A DNA stretch of 64,000 bases from the NCBI GenBank assembly GCA_963924565.1, contig OZ004610.1:13082001-13146000 (forward strand), in the 5' to 3' direction. A program made the position numbers and the translations under genes. Every line of letters begins with the position of its first letter. Position 1 is the first letter of the stretch. Source of the DNA: Ascidiella aspersa (Eukaryota). Below the pieces are notes generated by a model. It saw only the letters and a list, made by a program, of their open reading frames with translations, was not told where the DNA came from and did no database searches. This document shows, piece after piece, positions 26,201 through 41,200 of the stretch.

Positions 26201-29200
26201 AAATTCCTTTCAAGGTATCTAATGAATGATTTATTTTCTATTAGCAAAATTTTCTCAAATCGGCATTTATATGTTTTGATGTTTGTTCCTTCAAAGTAGA
26301 TTTAAAATCAAATGGCAAATTTGGATTATTAAAACAATGTGAAATCTCACGACTAGCAAAATGTGATCGTGAGAAGGGAGAAACTGAGATCTTTCCGCTT
26401 GAACACCTCGCTAAGATTAATAAATCAAATAAATAACGACATATTAATCAAGTTTGTTTCATCACAGTGAACGTGAAAGACGTTGTGGCAGCCATGGAAG
26501 CCCGGGTGAAAGATACCGAGGTTCGGCCCAAGCCTCCAAGCGTCAAGCTACGCTATTCATTGAACAAGTCGAACGGTCACGCGAAAACACAGAATCATTC
26601 CAGTAAAGTACAAGACCCTCCAAAAGCCACAATCAGTCGAAAGGCGAAGCATCGGCGTTCCATGTCCGACCCCCACCTCCACAAAACCTTCCGCGATATC
26701 AAGAAGCTTTGGGACAACAAGGTCCAAACCGGTAAGGAGTAAACTTAATCACCTCCTAAATGTTATTATACGCTGATTTCGTGTCCATTTCACTGAGCCC
26801 TGAGACATTTACTGGACCTTATTGCACAACGCCCATCAAGGCTTGAAATAGTCGGATAAAACGCATACGGAAACTACGCATATTGGCATTAATTAATTAT
26901 TATTATCAACGGGTCCACATATATTGCAGCTGTAACGTATGACTTTTGCTTAAATATAAATACATTTATCTAGCAGAGTTGTGATGCCATTCTGTAAATT
27001 GTTTACGTTTTGAGCCTATGTTACATCGGTAAACTAAAGTTAATAATCCCATATTTATTGTCCATTTTCCGGGTCCGATATTTAAAGGCTTGTTAGTTAA
27101 CAGTTTAAAAACTTGAACAAGTTAAGTCCGCTGGGAAATCGTAAGCGCCAGTTGGAAAAGGACATATTTTGGGTAAACATTGGCGAAACGAAAGGTTATT
27201 CTAATTTGAGTAAATTAAAACACTTTCGGATTGGAAGGGACGAGCTTCGCCTCCTATGTAGGCTATAGTTTAATAAAAAATATATGCAGCTGTTTTTAGA
27301 TTTATTTCAGGCTAGGTCTAACTTTAAGACCAAACATATGACTTTCATATTTATGAATGTTTTAGTATATTTGAGTTCCACTAATACGCTTGTATAGTTG
27401 TTCAGCGGGGCTCGCTTTCCGTGACCTCTTCAGAGCAAAGTTTATTTCTTTGAGAGTCAACATTTGCTCAACGCGGATGGTAGAGCGTTTGTCAGTAACC
27501 CACTATCGCCATTGCCAGTTACCAGTTTCGCTGTATTATTCGACTTCGCATTGTCATACATTTAAATCAGAGTAAAATGAGGCTTGCGTATACGGAAGTC
27601 AGTGGACCTAAGCGCAGAAAACATGAATATATGTAGGCTAATCAAATTAGGCTTCCTATAGTGAGACCCGAGAAATTTAGACCTGTTCACATTGTCCATA
27701 TAGCAGAACTAAATCTTTTGCAGACTTTAAATTACAGACAAAAGTGTATAAAGAGTGGGCGTAACAATTCATAAGGGAACCGAAATCTAGCGTGTAGGAA
27801 GAATATTACTTTACCTTAATTGTGGTGCTAAGGTAACAATGACAGGAATCGAAATTCGCTGACGGGTGTGCCGAGTAAACATTTGGCTTGCTGGATTTAT
27901 CATTAACAAGTAGGAACCAATTCGGTTAGTTTGAACAATGTTCGCTTATCAGGGCAATCTACATGTTTTTAGTTGTTCACTTAACAGTCATTTATCGATT
28001 TCGCCTTACCCAAATTTAAACATACAGTAGTTCGCTACAAACGATGACAATATTGAGCCTTTCTCAATAAGGTTAGATAATAAAAGAGTTTTGAAGCCTT
28101 TTACTTTCGTTACCTAATTTTAACCATCCCTCTAGTAACTTTAGTTTGGTAAAGTGCTGGTTGCTTTTAATATTGGTTGTTTAAGAACAACTCATAAGCA
28201 CGTTATTAGTTTGTAACAGATGCTTTTCGGGCTGCCTCGTAAATAAGCTATTGGCGTCAGATATATGACGATTAACACGCCTCTGTAGCATTTTGTTTTT
28301 AAAGCTAATGAACAGTTCGGTCATCTACTGACCAATTTACATTTTACGGTATTTTCACTAGTTTCGTGTCTGATAAATTTTGAACTACTGGCCCGTATAT
28401 ACAGTATATCATTCTTGTACATTAGGGTAATAAAATTAAGTACCAGGTTAATGACACGCATTATGATTTGATTTGCCTAAAGGTGGAGGTCAAAGTGTTT
28501 CATAAACCTATGTTATCCAGGATAGTTATGTGGTATAAATTAACTGGACAAGTAGAAACATGTAGCTTAAAAATAACAATTTTTTTTGTTGCGATCACGC
28601 ACATTAAAAGATTACCTATTTTGAAAGATTTTGTGTTGGTTACTCCGCTTAATTCCATTTGTTAAGATTTAATATAAATGTAACAAACCCATTGTGAACC
28701 AAATATAACCCTCCAATTCTCGATCGATTTCCACATATATAAACCCTTCTTACCGTGACAGCCGTATTCAATCACTCTTCGACGAAAAAACAACTCTATT
28801 TTTAAATCACATTAAGCCATTTTAAATTCGCACAATTTATTAAAATGCCCAGTTTGTATATTGCGAATAAATGCCTAGTCTATATTGATAGACATTAAGA
28901 GAATCGTCAAGCGGTAAATAAAGCATGGTGCTTCATACCGCGAACCTGTAGTGTACTTGTGTGCCGGCCAAACGTAACACTTTGAATGGCATTACGAAAT
29001 AGTTGGGCCGGACAGAAAATTTTGCTAGCTAAAACCAATTTTATTCCATCCCGACTCGTGGGACCGTTTTCAGGGTCGTCTCGTATGACGCCCAAGTCGC
29101 CTGCCCTTATACCGTGTGACCGTCCGGCCACCGAAAGTGTCGTCGAATTACACGACGTCCTCTTGCAATCGCGCCAGTTCAGTCAAAAGCCAGCAGCCGA

Positions 29201-32200
29201 GCGCAAATAACCGGCACTTGACTGCCCGCCGCGGCGTGAACTTTACTGTCTCCATTAGCCAAACCCCACTGCTTCATGGAGCCTCAAAGCTGAAATACAC
29301 TTCTTCAATAAGACAGTCGATACGCCAGCGCGGCGGAAAATCATAAATTACGAGCGCCCAACTGTCGAGAGTTTTGTGGCTTGGATGCCGAACAGATACC
29401 TCCCGTGTTTCCCAAGGGACCGATGATAAGCCAATTGTTTCTTGTACTTTAGCATGCTTGCGCCTTGTAATACACAAAGCTCCTCGGTAAAATGGAATTT
29501 TTAAAGTCCTTCCGCCTTAATCTTTAAATAATTCTGCGTGGAATATCATGAAGCGGATACAAAACCAAGTCATCCGTAAAAATAGATTTTTCATGTAATG
29601 TTAATTGATTTTTTTTTAAATCAAACTGATTTATACCAGGCACAAGTACTATACCGATAAGATGAGTCAAGGTAACTATTTTATCACATGTAAAGTGGTA
29701 TAAACGACACCGTGACACATTCAAGACAGTGTTTCTCGCTATATGTTTGATATCGAAGTGCGGCGCGTAAGAGAGGAGCTAATTTATTCCTGTCAAATAT
29801 ATAACGGGACCAGCACCAGCCATCGCATATGCAGAAGCCTAGCCATGACGTGGGATTTCCGCTGGCCGTTACGTAGCGCCTGGACCGGGCGTCATAGCAC
29901 GACGACAGGGTTCATGATGTGCGTTTTGTCGGCGACGGTGCTTTTGATCTGACGCTGATTAGAAGCACAATAGCTAGCGCAAAGTCGGCCGCATGGCACA
30001 GGTCTTCCCGGAATTTGAGAGATTGTTGCAGAAGAGCCGTATTAATAAACAGAGTTTGTTGAAATCTGTTCAAAAGTTTCTTGTTAGACGTGCAGGATAA
30101 TGATAGAATGGACACAAAATCAAGCATATGTGATGTTATTCTCAGATATCACTAGGTTTTGGACCATTGAAGGGGGTACGATTGAAAGAAAAGGATATAG
30201 CTTAAAGAGGCGGAACAAAAACTCTATATATAAGCTAAAATACTCAAGCCGCTGTGGGCAAACGCAAATTCTAAAATATTTGTCTGTAAAATCACGTTTC
30301 CGTTATGGAAATCAAAACAGTTGTAAATTCGGGAACTTGAATTTGTGTTTTGCGGGTCAAACGAAACGGAAAGTTGTAGCAGTAGTGTCAGAGTCCATTG
30401 CGCACCGGGGTGAGGGGACGGGTGTCCCTGAAATCCATGGGGGGGGAACTTACGGTACCTAGCTTGTTCTGGATGCGGCGGAACGCGTCACATCAGCGGC
30501 GTGAGATGCAAAGGCCGACTCACGGCACGTTACCAGGCACCAAGCGTCGCCTCTCTTCCTGTAGCTCGTTATCTTGTGTGCTGCGAAACGCGCTTCTCCG
30601 GGCGTGTAAAACATAGACTCCGGGTGTGCGCGAGTGTGTGAGTGAATGTGTTTGTGTCTACAGAGAATAACCGAGAGTTATAGAAGCAGCGTTCGCTTCG
30701 GTGGCAGCCTGGCGTTTAAGCGGAAACTTTTTAATCCTGGACCGCGTTTTTTTGTTGTTTAGGTTGGTCTAGGCGAGGCAGTGGTTATGTGTACAATAAC
30801 AATCAAGTATGCAATAAAGTTAGATTATAATAAACTGAACTACTCGTGCGTTGAGCTTAAAGTAAGCTTAAAAGTTGGAGTGACAAAATTACTATTGAGT
30901 ATATGATTGTTGGCCATATGAACCAAGTTAAGACGCTATTTAATAATAACGATCTGTATAGTACGGCTCGTAATACTTAAACCGTTAAATGCAATTGATA
31001 TGCCTGGTAGCAACAGTTTATACGTTAAACGGTATGTTTGAAAAGTATCTTCAAAATATGTATGTTCAAGCGCTTACATGTGTGTTAGGACGTTAAGTGT
31101 TGCTGACCACTGCATCGGCTGAAATAAATTCTTGAGTGAAAAGTTTACCTTCCTTTTCGCAGTTCATTAGTTTTACATTTAAATAATTATGCAAATCAAT
31201 ATGCTGCGTTCAATTTACATCTCAGAGTAGAGCGCTGGACTGAAATCGTAACCGAAATAGGCGGCCGAGGCTGATATAATCAATTGTTGCGTTAAGCTTG
31301 TTTCATTGCGGATTTTGTTTGTAATCGGGACCACGTGAATAATACGTTAATAGTGTGGTAAAACGAATAACACAGTTTCGTCGACTACACCGTATAAATT
31401 GTATCAACGTTTTCAATCAATGCGGAGGTAACGTTGCGTCACAGTATATCGTAAAAAAATCCTGAGTTTCCAAAATGATTATTACCTAAACTAAAACATA
31501 CTCACTTTTAAAGCAAATCCGACACAGACATTATAGTAAATTGTTGTGTTTTCTTTTGTAATTATAAAAACGAAATTCCCGTGAGAAGTATAAAACCTTT
31601 TTTTATACAGACTCAAATATTCTTATGTATTACCTCAAAACGCTGACAGGGTGATTTTATTTAGAATACTGATGCCACTTTTGATGACGCGCCAACAACT
31701 TGAAGTGAAAATTTGACCTTAATTTTACGTTGACAAGCCAAATGTGTGCCAAAGTTCTTTGATTTTGGCCTCCAGTCTCTCGTTTAACCTCACTGCTTTG
31801 TATGTCGGTGTACTATTACGTCATAGTAGCGACCCGATTCGGTGAACAAAACGCGATTCGAAATCGGATAGCTCGGTTGACGTAAGATGGCAGATTAGTC
31901 AGCAACGACAGCAAAGCATTATTACTGCACGATTGCACGCTGTTTGTGCGATCCTCATATGGAAACGACTTGCTTCGCCTGTCATTCAAACACACAACTA
32001 ATGTTTGGCTCAGTGCCCAACCACTAAACTCTTATACATCGTGACCGATTATGACATTTATTGGGGTTGAGTTTCACGTTGCGGGTTCGGGGTACTTTAG
32101 CCTGTTGAATCAACCGTTCAATTTTTAAATTAATTAGTGACAAATTATCATGTGGCAGTATGAGTATATGTTCGATTTAAAACGTTTGGGTGTTATGGTT

Positions 32201-35200
32201 ATGACTTGTTTAACTTTATTAGGCATAAACTAGTACACGAGCCCTTTTTTATTAATTTGTTTTGTTCCGTATAGGTATAAATGTGAGCCGAAGTAGCACA
32301 GCGAACTGGCAGTGACCTTGAGTTTCTATATATTTATATATAATTAATTTACTTTGACACACTTTTAACGAATCCATGATATACTTGCAGAGATTAGGAC
32401 GCGCGAGAATCGGACTTCTTCCATTTCGTCAAACAGCAGCAACAAATCGTCGGAAAATCTTTACAGCAGCAGTAGTAGCAACATCACCACCAGCAACAGC
32501 AACAAGGACCAACTGCAGCAGCAAAACTGTCAGCACACAGACCCGCCACCTACGGCGCCAAAGAGTCGCCCCGTAGCGCCGGTCCGGATTCAGACGAATG
32601 TGAAACGGGCACTTGACGTCACAGCGGCACCGAAGAGCCCCGAGGCCGTCGTCTCGAGTGCGCCCTTCAGTGGCTCAGAGCAGAAGCAGACCGAGATGTC
32701 GGCCAATGCCTCCGTGAGCGAGAAGGCCTTGATTTTCGGAGGAACGGGAAAACCAGCAGGTTTCCAAAATAGGTGAGTGCCATTGCTTGTTATTTACACT
32801 GTAAAAATTTTATTACAGCGATAAAAACTTATTGAAATTTGCCATTTTTATATACGAAAATTAGGGAGTACTCTTCTGCATTCAATTCCCATCTTTCAAC
32901 GGAAAAGTTTTAGGTTAAAATATTTTCAGACAGGAGCAATAGTTACAATCTCCAAATCACTTACAGAGAAATATCGTGGCACCACTGCGCCTAATATTTG
33001 TTTCCACTCGGTGAACTTTCCCAACACCGTAACGGGGTGGGGGGCAGTTTTTACAGCTTTGCCAAATAGAAATAAAAATTTATTTTAAACCATTTTAAAA
33101 ATATTTTCTGCGATTTTCTAACATTAGGGTTGCAACTTAAGATGACTATGGTACTTATGTAAAGTGATTAATATAATGGGCGAGAAGAATCGGGATTTCC
33201 CTTCGGCAAGTTTTAGCGTGACTGATGATTTATTGTACCACAAAATGTCTAAAAGTTTTCTTATAGTTTAACCAAGTGATTACCATTAACAGCATCGTGC
33301 TTTTTCAATTACCACTGTTGACATACTTTCCTACTAATCACATCGTAGGCTATTTAATGTCTTTCTTCCAAAATCACATAATGCCAAGCATAATTCATTT
33401 CTGCAATTACGAATGCAACTCATACAGACAAAGTGGGCACTGCTCTGTGCGTAGGCTCAGGTAGATCCTTAAGCAAATTGTACATACGTATTTGATCAGC
33501 TGGGACGTTCAATATCTCAATTTCTCGCCTAAAACCTGACTATTGGCAGACTTCAAGGACGAAATGTAAGCTAACATATCTGATTCAGCAAAGTCGCGCA
33601 GCGTCTTGTGTGACAGCGACACATGCTGCTGTTTAAGGATGATTGATTACCAAAGATGCCAAACGTTTGACACTAATATGCACTATACAGAGTCTTGTTA
33701 AAGTAATCCGAACTGTTTTCCCCGTGAAATTCTTCAAACTAATAAGGACCCCTTGAACCGACATCCTAATGACCTTAAATCGTTTTTTATGAAAGTACAA
33801 AAGTAGATTTTCATGCACGTGGTTCCACACTTCGTGATCGGATGGTATGCAATTTAAACAGCCCGTGTTAAAACCTGTTCGCTTCTCACGCATATTTTAC
33901 TGGCAACTTACGTCGTCTGGTTTGCGGTTTCACATCGACTCAAGTCGAAAGGGTTCCTGTTGTCTTATCGAGCGCAAGTCACACTTAATACAATGATTGC
34001 GGATGAACGTCGGACGAACTGCCATCGCTGACCGCCCCGACCGTCGCAAGTTGTTAGCATTACGTTGATCCACTTGATTTAAGCGGCGCTGGCATTCGGT
34101 CGAAGCAGCGTATACCATCTCCGTGACTTCAGCGTTCAGACGCGCCAAATTAGGCCAGTCGGAAATCGTAACGTACACAACTTTCGCCTAGGACTAGGTG
34201 AATGGGCGAACCGATTAGACCTGCGTGAAATCAGCGCCATCGGAATTTTTGACCTAAGGGGCCAGGGTCGAACGAATCGACTTAAACCGTGCCTAAGTGT
34301 GCCGGTCTAACCGCCGGGCAAGGATAGGTGTTCGAGATAGCGCAGTTTGGTATTTTAGGTTTGCATCGTGACAGTGTGGCGCGAAGCCGATGAAATCGTT
34401 CAGCGGAATTGTAATTGCCCATATTTACGCTCTCGTGCAGATAATTGGCGACGTCGCCGCCACCGCAGTGAAACAACTCTAAAAAACAACAACATTGCTT
34501 TCACTTTGAGTCGGTGCTGCCCAGGGCAAGACCAAACGACAGCATTATATACAGTTAGCAGGATTTGCGTTGTGTTTTTTAAAAAACAAGCGCTCGTTTG
34601 GCGCATGTAGACCCTAATTGATGAGTCAATCTGGCTACAGTCACCTAAACAGATTAGCTCTATGAAAGACAATAATTCACCTGTGTCTCGGAGCTATGTT
34701 CGAAAGGGATGTTCTTAAGCGGCGACGTTAGCCAATAAATATGGCAGGCGTATAGGCGACGCCCTAGATTTTAATAAAAATACCTAATTGGAATACGTAG
34801 TTCTCGATTTTCGGGCGATATGAATGAGGTCGCCATATTCCACTGCACTTTAAACGGCTAATTGTATAAGTCCTAGGTAATACGTCTTAACGTCAAGCAC
34901 AAAATAAAGTCTTCGGCACGTTTCGTTAAGTCAGCACTGAGTTGATGTGGTCATGTGATTAACGGGCCGCAAGAACCCGCTAATCCTCTTACAGACCAAA
35001 AGGACCTTGAGTGTTTTTGTGCTGCGGCGGGGCGAAAGTCGGTGCCGATGATTTTCATTCTCGTGAAAGGCTTATTAGGTGTAGATCGGCCGGTTCTTGG
35101 TTGCTGTGATGGTCGTGCAATGTTTACTTGTCTATTGCTTGGCTTAGCCTGTTGTAATCATTGGGATTTTTTTTAACAGTGTCGAGTCAGGACTTTAGTT

Positions 35201-38200
35201 TATTGTCGAGCGAATCTCTTTAGCGCAAGGTGTTCACGAAGCGAAAGTAAAATATTCGCTTGCGTTATTTAGAGAGGGAGTATGAGTACATTTAATATAA
35301 ATTTATCGTATCGCAAACAAAAAACAAGCTTTAGAAGTAACGCGTAAAAATAGCTGACAGGTAAAAATAGTATGCGCCGTTCCACGTTTCTTTGCAGCGC
35401 CCTGGTGTGCTAGGTCCAACTGTCCATTCGCACCCCAGTCCATCCGCAAGGCTCGAAATTGTCGGTGTCAACGCCGCGACAACAGCGACAGAAAAGTGCA
35501 GAGAGAGATACCTACAAGCCCACAGGGCTGGACCCCGCACTTCTAAACCTCGGAACAGGTTGGGAGGCCATTTCGAGCGGGCATATTCCTGGACTAAGGC
35601 GAGACAGGAACGGAAGGATGTGGCGTCGCGACGCACACGAACAGCACAGAAGTAGCGCGAGCCGGTGGGCGCTCACGCCGCCTGATACAATGCTATTATC
35701 GCAAAGCCTGTTATCAGCGAGTCGATCTCCAGGTGACGCCGGTCCACCGACGACCAGTAGCGCTATAGGCCGGGTTCAAGTTTGCTTCGCATATAGTCAC
35801 GACGATGTTAACTGCGCGTTTCCTGACGGTTTAAACTTGCGAGCCTTCTTATAACAACCCTGAAATCAGCCGACTCGCTTGATTGAAGCTGCCATGTAAA
35901 TACGTAAGGGGTGCAAAAGGTTGCCCGAAGCGTGTTGAATGAACATGGCCGTGTCGATGTTTGAAGTGGGTATTTAAACTGGCTTTGTAATCACAGCGAG
36001 CGGCCAAGTGACGACGAGCACCCTTCCTAAGTCGTGTTATGCAACGATTATGGACGATCGTGCTTCAGATACAGAAAAGCGTAGCGATTCGACAACAATC
36101 GTTCCATGGTGGTGCTTTGTGTATTTGTACACAACTGCACTATACAGGAACAGCGTTGCTTCACGCCAGGCGCCAATTGTCTTTCTTTACTGACAGAATA
36201 TTGCGGTGTTTTCGCGCAAAATAGCAAAGAAACGCACAATGTAAAAATCGGGGTAAACTGTGTGAGCAAAGTGCATCTACCTAAAACGATTGAGTGTTAT
36301 TCGCAGCATTTTTACTTTAGCTATATGCTTAAAATTCCACAAATTTGTATCAAGTATTGTTGCTCTAATTAACTATTATTTAAAAAAAAACTATTAAAAA
36401 AACCTTAATGTAAATCATGGAGTAAACAGGTTGGAAAAACAATGTCGTAAGTCGTCAAAACTCAAAATGATTTGTTCTAAGCTGAATGGTCATACACCAG
36501 AGTCTAAATAATCCCTCAACGTCCAAATCAACCAAGCAAAATAGCATTTTATATATTTCATAAAAAGTGTCATAGAACAATGACGCTTGTTCAGTAACAC
36601 TAGGGACTTACTTCTATTGTAGAGTTTGCAATTCTTACGTGGTTCAAGTGTACTCAGGTGCATAAATCACCGAGTCAAGTGCCTAAACACCCTCTCGTTC
36701 GTGTAATGCGTTGTGTACACAGGGCAGTGGCGTCAACGAGAGAAAGCCAGTTGCCTCGCAAGAGGGTGTCGTTCATTATGCAGTCAGTCAGGTGCAATTC
36801 AAGCGCAGTTCGAGCCGTAAAGCATCAATTTAATGGGGAGGGCGAAAAAAGCAATTAACGCGAGCCAGAGCGAAACGGTGGCACCGCAGACGGTCGCTTG
36901 AAATCTCTGGCCTCCGGCTTTACGGAGTACGACACTGCGAAATTCTGTCAGACTGGATTTGTGCCGCCATTCGCTGCTGCTCTGTTTTCAGTTAGTGTGC
37001 TATTCGGGTTACACACGCGATCTGTAGATGTAGCACGGGTGGCGACCATATAGTGCTGAGGTGTATTCGAGGAATCGCACGTTTCATTAGCTCGAAGTAG
37101 ACCGACAGGTTTACCTTTGTTGGATTAAAAGGTTAAGCGTAGTCAAGCAGATTACGGATATAAATAGAAAAATAAAAGTTTTAGGAGTGAGATTTTAAGA
37201 GTATTTGTGAGAGAAAGTTTATAATGCGACGAGTCATAAGTCGTGCAAAGGAGAACTAGATCACGAGGGATACTTCTATCGCATTTCCTATAGCTGTAGG
37301 GAGCAGACAACTTTTGCAGAACCAAGGATATTCAAATGCGGTCGGATTATGCAAGCTATGACACATTGCTTACCCGCCCTGAGTTCAGCTCACACCCGGT
37401 AAACAACAACAGTATTGGCAATACAGCTCGAGCAAGTGCACTCATCACGGGACACACACGGCTCGACTAATTGCTTCGAGGTTTATGAATAGTGCATCTA
37501 CTATGCCCAATACTGCAACCTGAACGAGCTCGTTGGACGTGAATCGGCGCCAAGCAGCGCTCTACGACACGAGAGAGGCCACGCAGTCTCCTGTGAAGTT
37601 CAGTACGCCCGAACCTTGCGTGCATGCAGTTGGCAATCCAAGCTTTTCAGCAGCTGGCAACCTGTGATGAGGGAGGACAGGCAGCTAGTCTGTGTTGTTG
37701 TTTAGCGTTGCATGGCGAAGCGTTGACGCAGCAAATCGCGAATTCGACGCCACAGCACCGCAACCACGAGCGTAATTGAGCCGAATTAGAGTTTTTATAT
37801 CCATCGGGCGAGCATGAGCTTCTTTGTTATTCTAGCCGTCGGGAAGCGATTTTTTGGACGGCCTAATTGCCGCCGCTGACGTTTTGCGGCGCGAATTAGC
37901 GACCCGAGTTTATTTGAAGTCCGCAGACAGGAGCACTTTAAGGGATTTGACTATTATGATAGGCGGGCGGCTAGAATTCCTAATTTGAAGATTTTCTAGT
38001 AGCCCCAGGAGCAGCGGAAACCTAAGGTGCCAACCTTTAGATTTAGAAGAACTATTTTATTACTTTTCGTAGGGACACTTCTCAGTAGGTTTTAATCTGT
38101 TTCAAATGACTTGCAGTTGAACTCGTTTTTAACTTTGTCGCAGGCATGTATAAATGAATCTCTGTGCTTATGATAAGCATAGACTTGCTAAAAGTTGTAC

Positions 38201-41200
38201 ACCGGAGAGCAAATCAACAAGAATTTAGTAAGCAACCACAATTACGAGTTGAAAATTATAAAATGACCCGTGACGTCACGGAAATGCCTCTGTACTTGCC
38301 CGACACTGAAAGTAGGAAACGGAGCAGACGCAAGTGGCGCGAGTACAAGCGAATCCGATCGGCCAACAAAAAGGCGACCAAGGGAAATTGCCTTTCGACT
38401 TTACAGGAGTTTTTTAAGAAGACCAGCGACGGATGCAATATCCTGTGTGTTGCCGTGGCGTGCAGGTATAGAATTGGTTATATGTGCAACCTGCATTAGA
38501 ACCGTATGGTTACGGCTATGTTTAAGGAGTCTTTGCACAACCAGTGTGCAATGTTGTCGCGTCGCGGCATAGCTTGAAACCAATATTTCTTTTGGAACAC
38601 TATATACGGATCTGTTCATAAGTGTAATGGTGAATATAGTTTTGCGACTAAAGTGTATATAAACGGGTGTAACTGATGTGGCCTTCATATCACTGATGAT
38701 GGCATGAGCATTTGCCGAAACGTTTGAATAATAAAGCACGTCGCACCATTAAATATTTATTTTATTTGTAAATAAAAAAAGAATAAAACTAATCAATGGG
38801 TGCAAACACATCATATACGTCGTGTGATATATTTTAAAACAAAATGCGAAATGACTAGCTGTTTGCCAGATTCCCCGGACTTCCTAAATCGTAATTCTAC
38901 AGTTAGACAAATGTTGTAGATACGGTATTTTAATATTTTAAATATGAGGGGAATTACAAACAATATAAAATTACTAGCAACTTTCACAAAGGATGCAGCA
39001 AACTTCCCATTCTCCTGAACCCGGAAATCGACCTGGCAATCTGCCCGCCACCTGTTAATAGGGGCCTTATACATGGAGGTGAATATAATTGGGGCGTGTG
39101 TTTAAGACCTACAAGGATGTGTTGTAAATTCCTGCTCTGGATTCTGAGTTAATCAGATAGCCATGAACGTTTCTTTCACCAGATAAGGCTAAATTGTATT
39201 GATTGGGTTTGACGAGCGGCCATACTTAAATGAATGCCCCCTTTTACACCAGAATAACGTAGACTGTATATTTCTAGACTGCCAAGTTATGTTTGGCTTT
39301 TAAAGTAATTTATCTCATGAGCCGTGTCTCTTTTTACCTAAATGACGAAACGTTGCAAGTATTCAGCAGCTTCAGTTGCCAAGGAATACGCGGCCAACGT
39401 TTGCATTTGCGGTTTATCATTGGAGGCAATGTAGGATGAGAAAATCGACAGGCGATAAGATCAAGCGCGGCTGGCCCGAAATTTTGTTGCACATTGCCAG
39501 AAACGTGGCTCGTTTGCGCAATGCACTTGACCTGATCGAGATTGCTCCGAACTCGATACACAAAGTATTTTGCGTCACACGTACGACTTCCGGTCTCCTT
39601 TAAATACTCGCCTATTGGCATCGCGCTGTACCGGGCGCATTGTGCTTTGTGATCTGCACTCTGCCACCTCTGTGCCTTGCCTCAGTCATAAACAATAGCT
39701 GAACTGTCTCAGGGCAAGACCGTCACTCCTGGCATGTTATTGGAGGCTTGCACCATAAGGTAATCGACGAATTGCTGGAAGAAAACTTTAATAACACCTT
39801 ATTCAAGTTAGGAGCGTCTTTTTTACGCATAATCATGTCGGGTTATCACATCACGATACATATAGCTCTATGAAGTCTCGTTCTCAAAATAAACTTGGCC
39901 TACACAACACATCATTGTATCTTTGGAATGTAGCAGTTTATAATGTGCTCTACAATACATGAGATGATATAGCCAACCGAATAATCGTTTTAGGGATTGG
40001 CTGATTTGGTGCGTGATACGAGTGGCGACTAGAAAAGCCCGCATTGTAGCTCAAACAATACAGTTAAATACAGAGATAACAAAGAGTTGACTTATCAACA
40101 AAAGTCAAGTGCCGACATCGAGCTGCACTTTCGCAAAGCCATTTACGCTCCGAATATGGCCGGGAAAATTCAATTCACATTGCACATCGCGTCGTGCTCA
40201 AAGTTGCCATGTAAACGTCGAGTTCTCGGCCGCACGTCATGCGAACCTGTCTTCGCGACCAGCTTATCGACATCACTGGGCGACAGAATCGTGCTAAACG
40301 CGTCAACCGCAGCTAATCGCGAACCGTTCTATAATTAAACCTAAAGTAGCAGGCTGCAATTTTCGGCTGCGCCAGCGGTCGAAGTCCCGAAAGCGGCCGC
40401 TCTCCCACGCTCGGCATTCCCTTGCCCGTTTGTTTTTGTCACGCTGGCTGCGGTATGTCGATGGCGGACACATTATTACGCTCCATTGCTGGGCAATTGC
40501 CGACGACCTTTCGCTGTTCGTGACTCTCATCAAACAAGGCGAAAAAACAAGTCTAAAAAAGCTATGGCGTACAGTACTGAACTTGTGACTCGGACGCACG
40601 CACGCGATCTCCTTTCGGGGTCCATTTTTTTGCCTTACACCTACTTAAAGGATAATACACCTACCGAATTCACTTATTGTTTTGCTAAATGCCAACATCC
40701 ACATAAAGGAAGTCGTTGCACTCCGTATAAAGTTGCATTTATTGGCGTGCGAATGAAATGTAAACCTGGCTAGAGTGACTACTGTATCTTTGGGCTTGTT
40801 TTAGTTGATAACCGAAACATACTATAAAAACTACCATTTTTAGTGTATAAAGAGCTTTTCATTTATTTTTTAAGGCCGAAGACACACATTGATTTTGGCA
40901 TTATCCTATCTTTGTTCTTGCAGGAAACCGAGAAGCAGTTCGCCGGCGTTCGTTCGGCACCGACACTCCTGGTCGGACGACTCCCTGGACCAGGACTCGA
41001 TCGCGAGCAAGCAGTCGACCGACGCCACCAACATCTACGACGAGGTGGCCAGGGATCCTCCGATCGCTCCTCTCGTCATCCAGGAGAACGCGCGCAGCGA
41101 GGACGATCAGTTAATGGACAAGATGCGCGACAACGCCGACGTCGCTAGAGAAAGGAGAAGATTCGGCAAAAGAGGATCGTGCGACTCCTCCTTTTCAACC

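Noticed and set aside
35398-35732. GC-rich ORFs with an acceptor and donor in FGD intron 3
   Set aside because: Phase-2 entry hits a stop within 5 codons, and the donor phase does not fit the 40924 acceptor.
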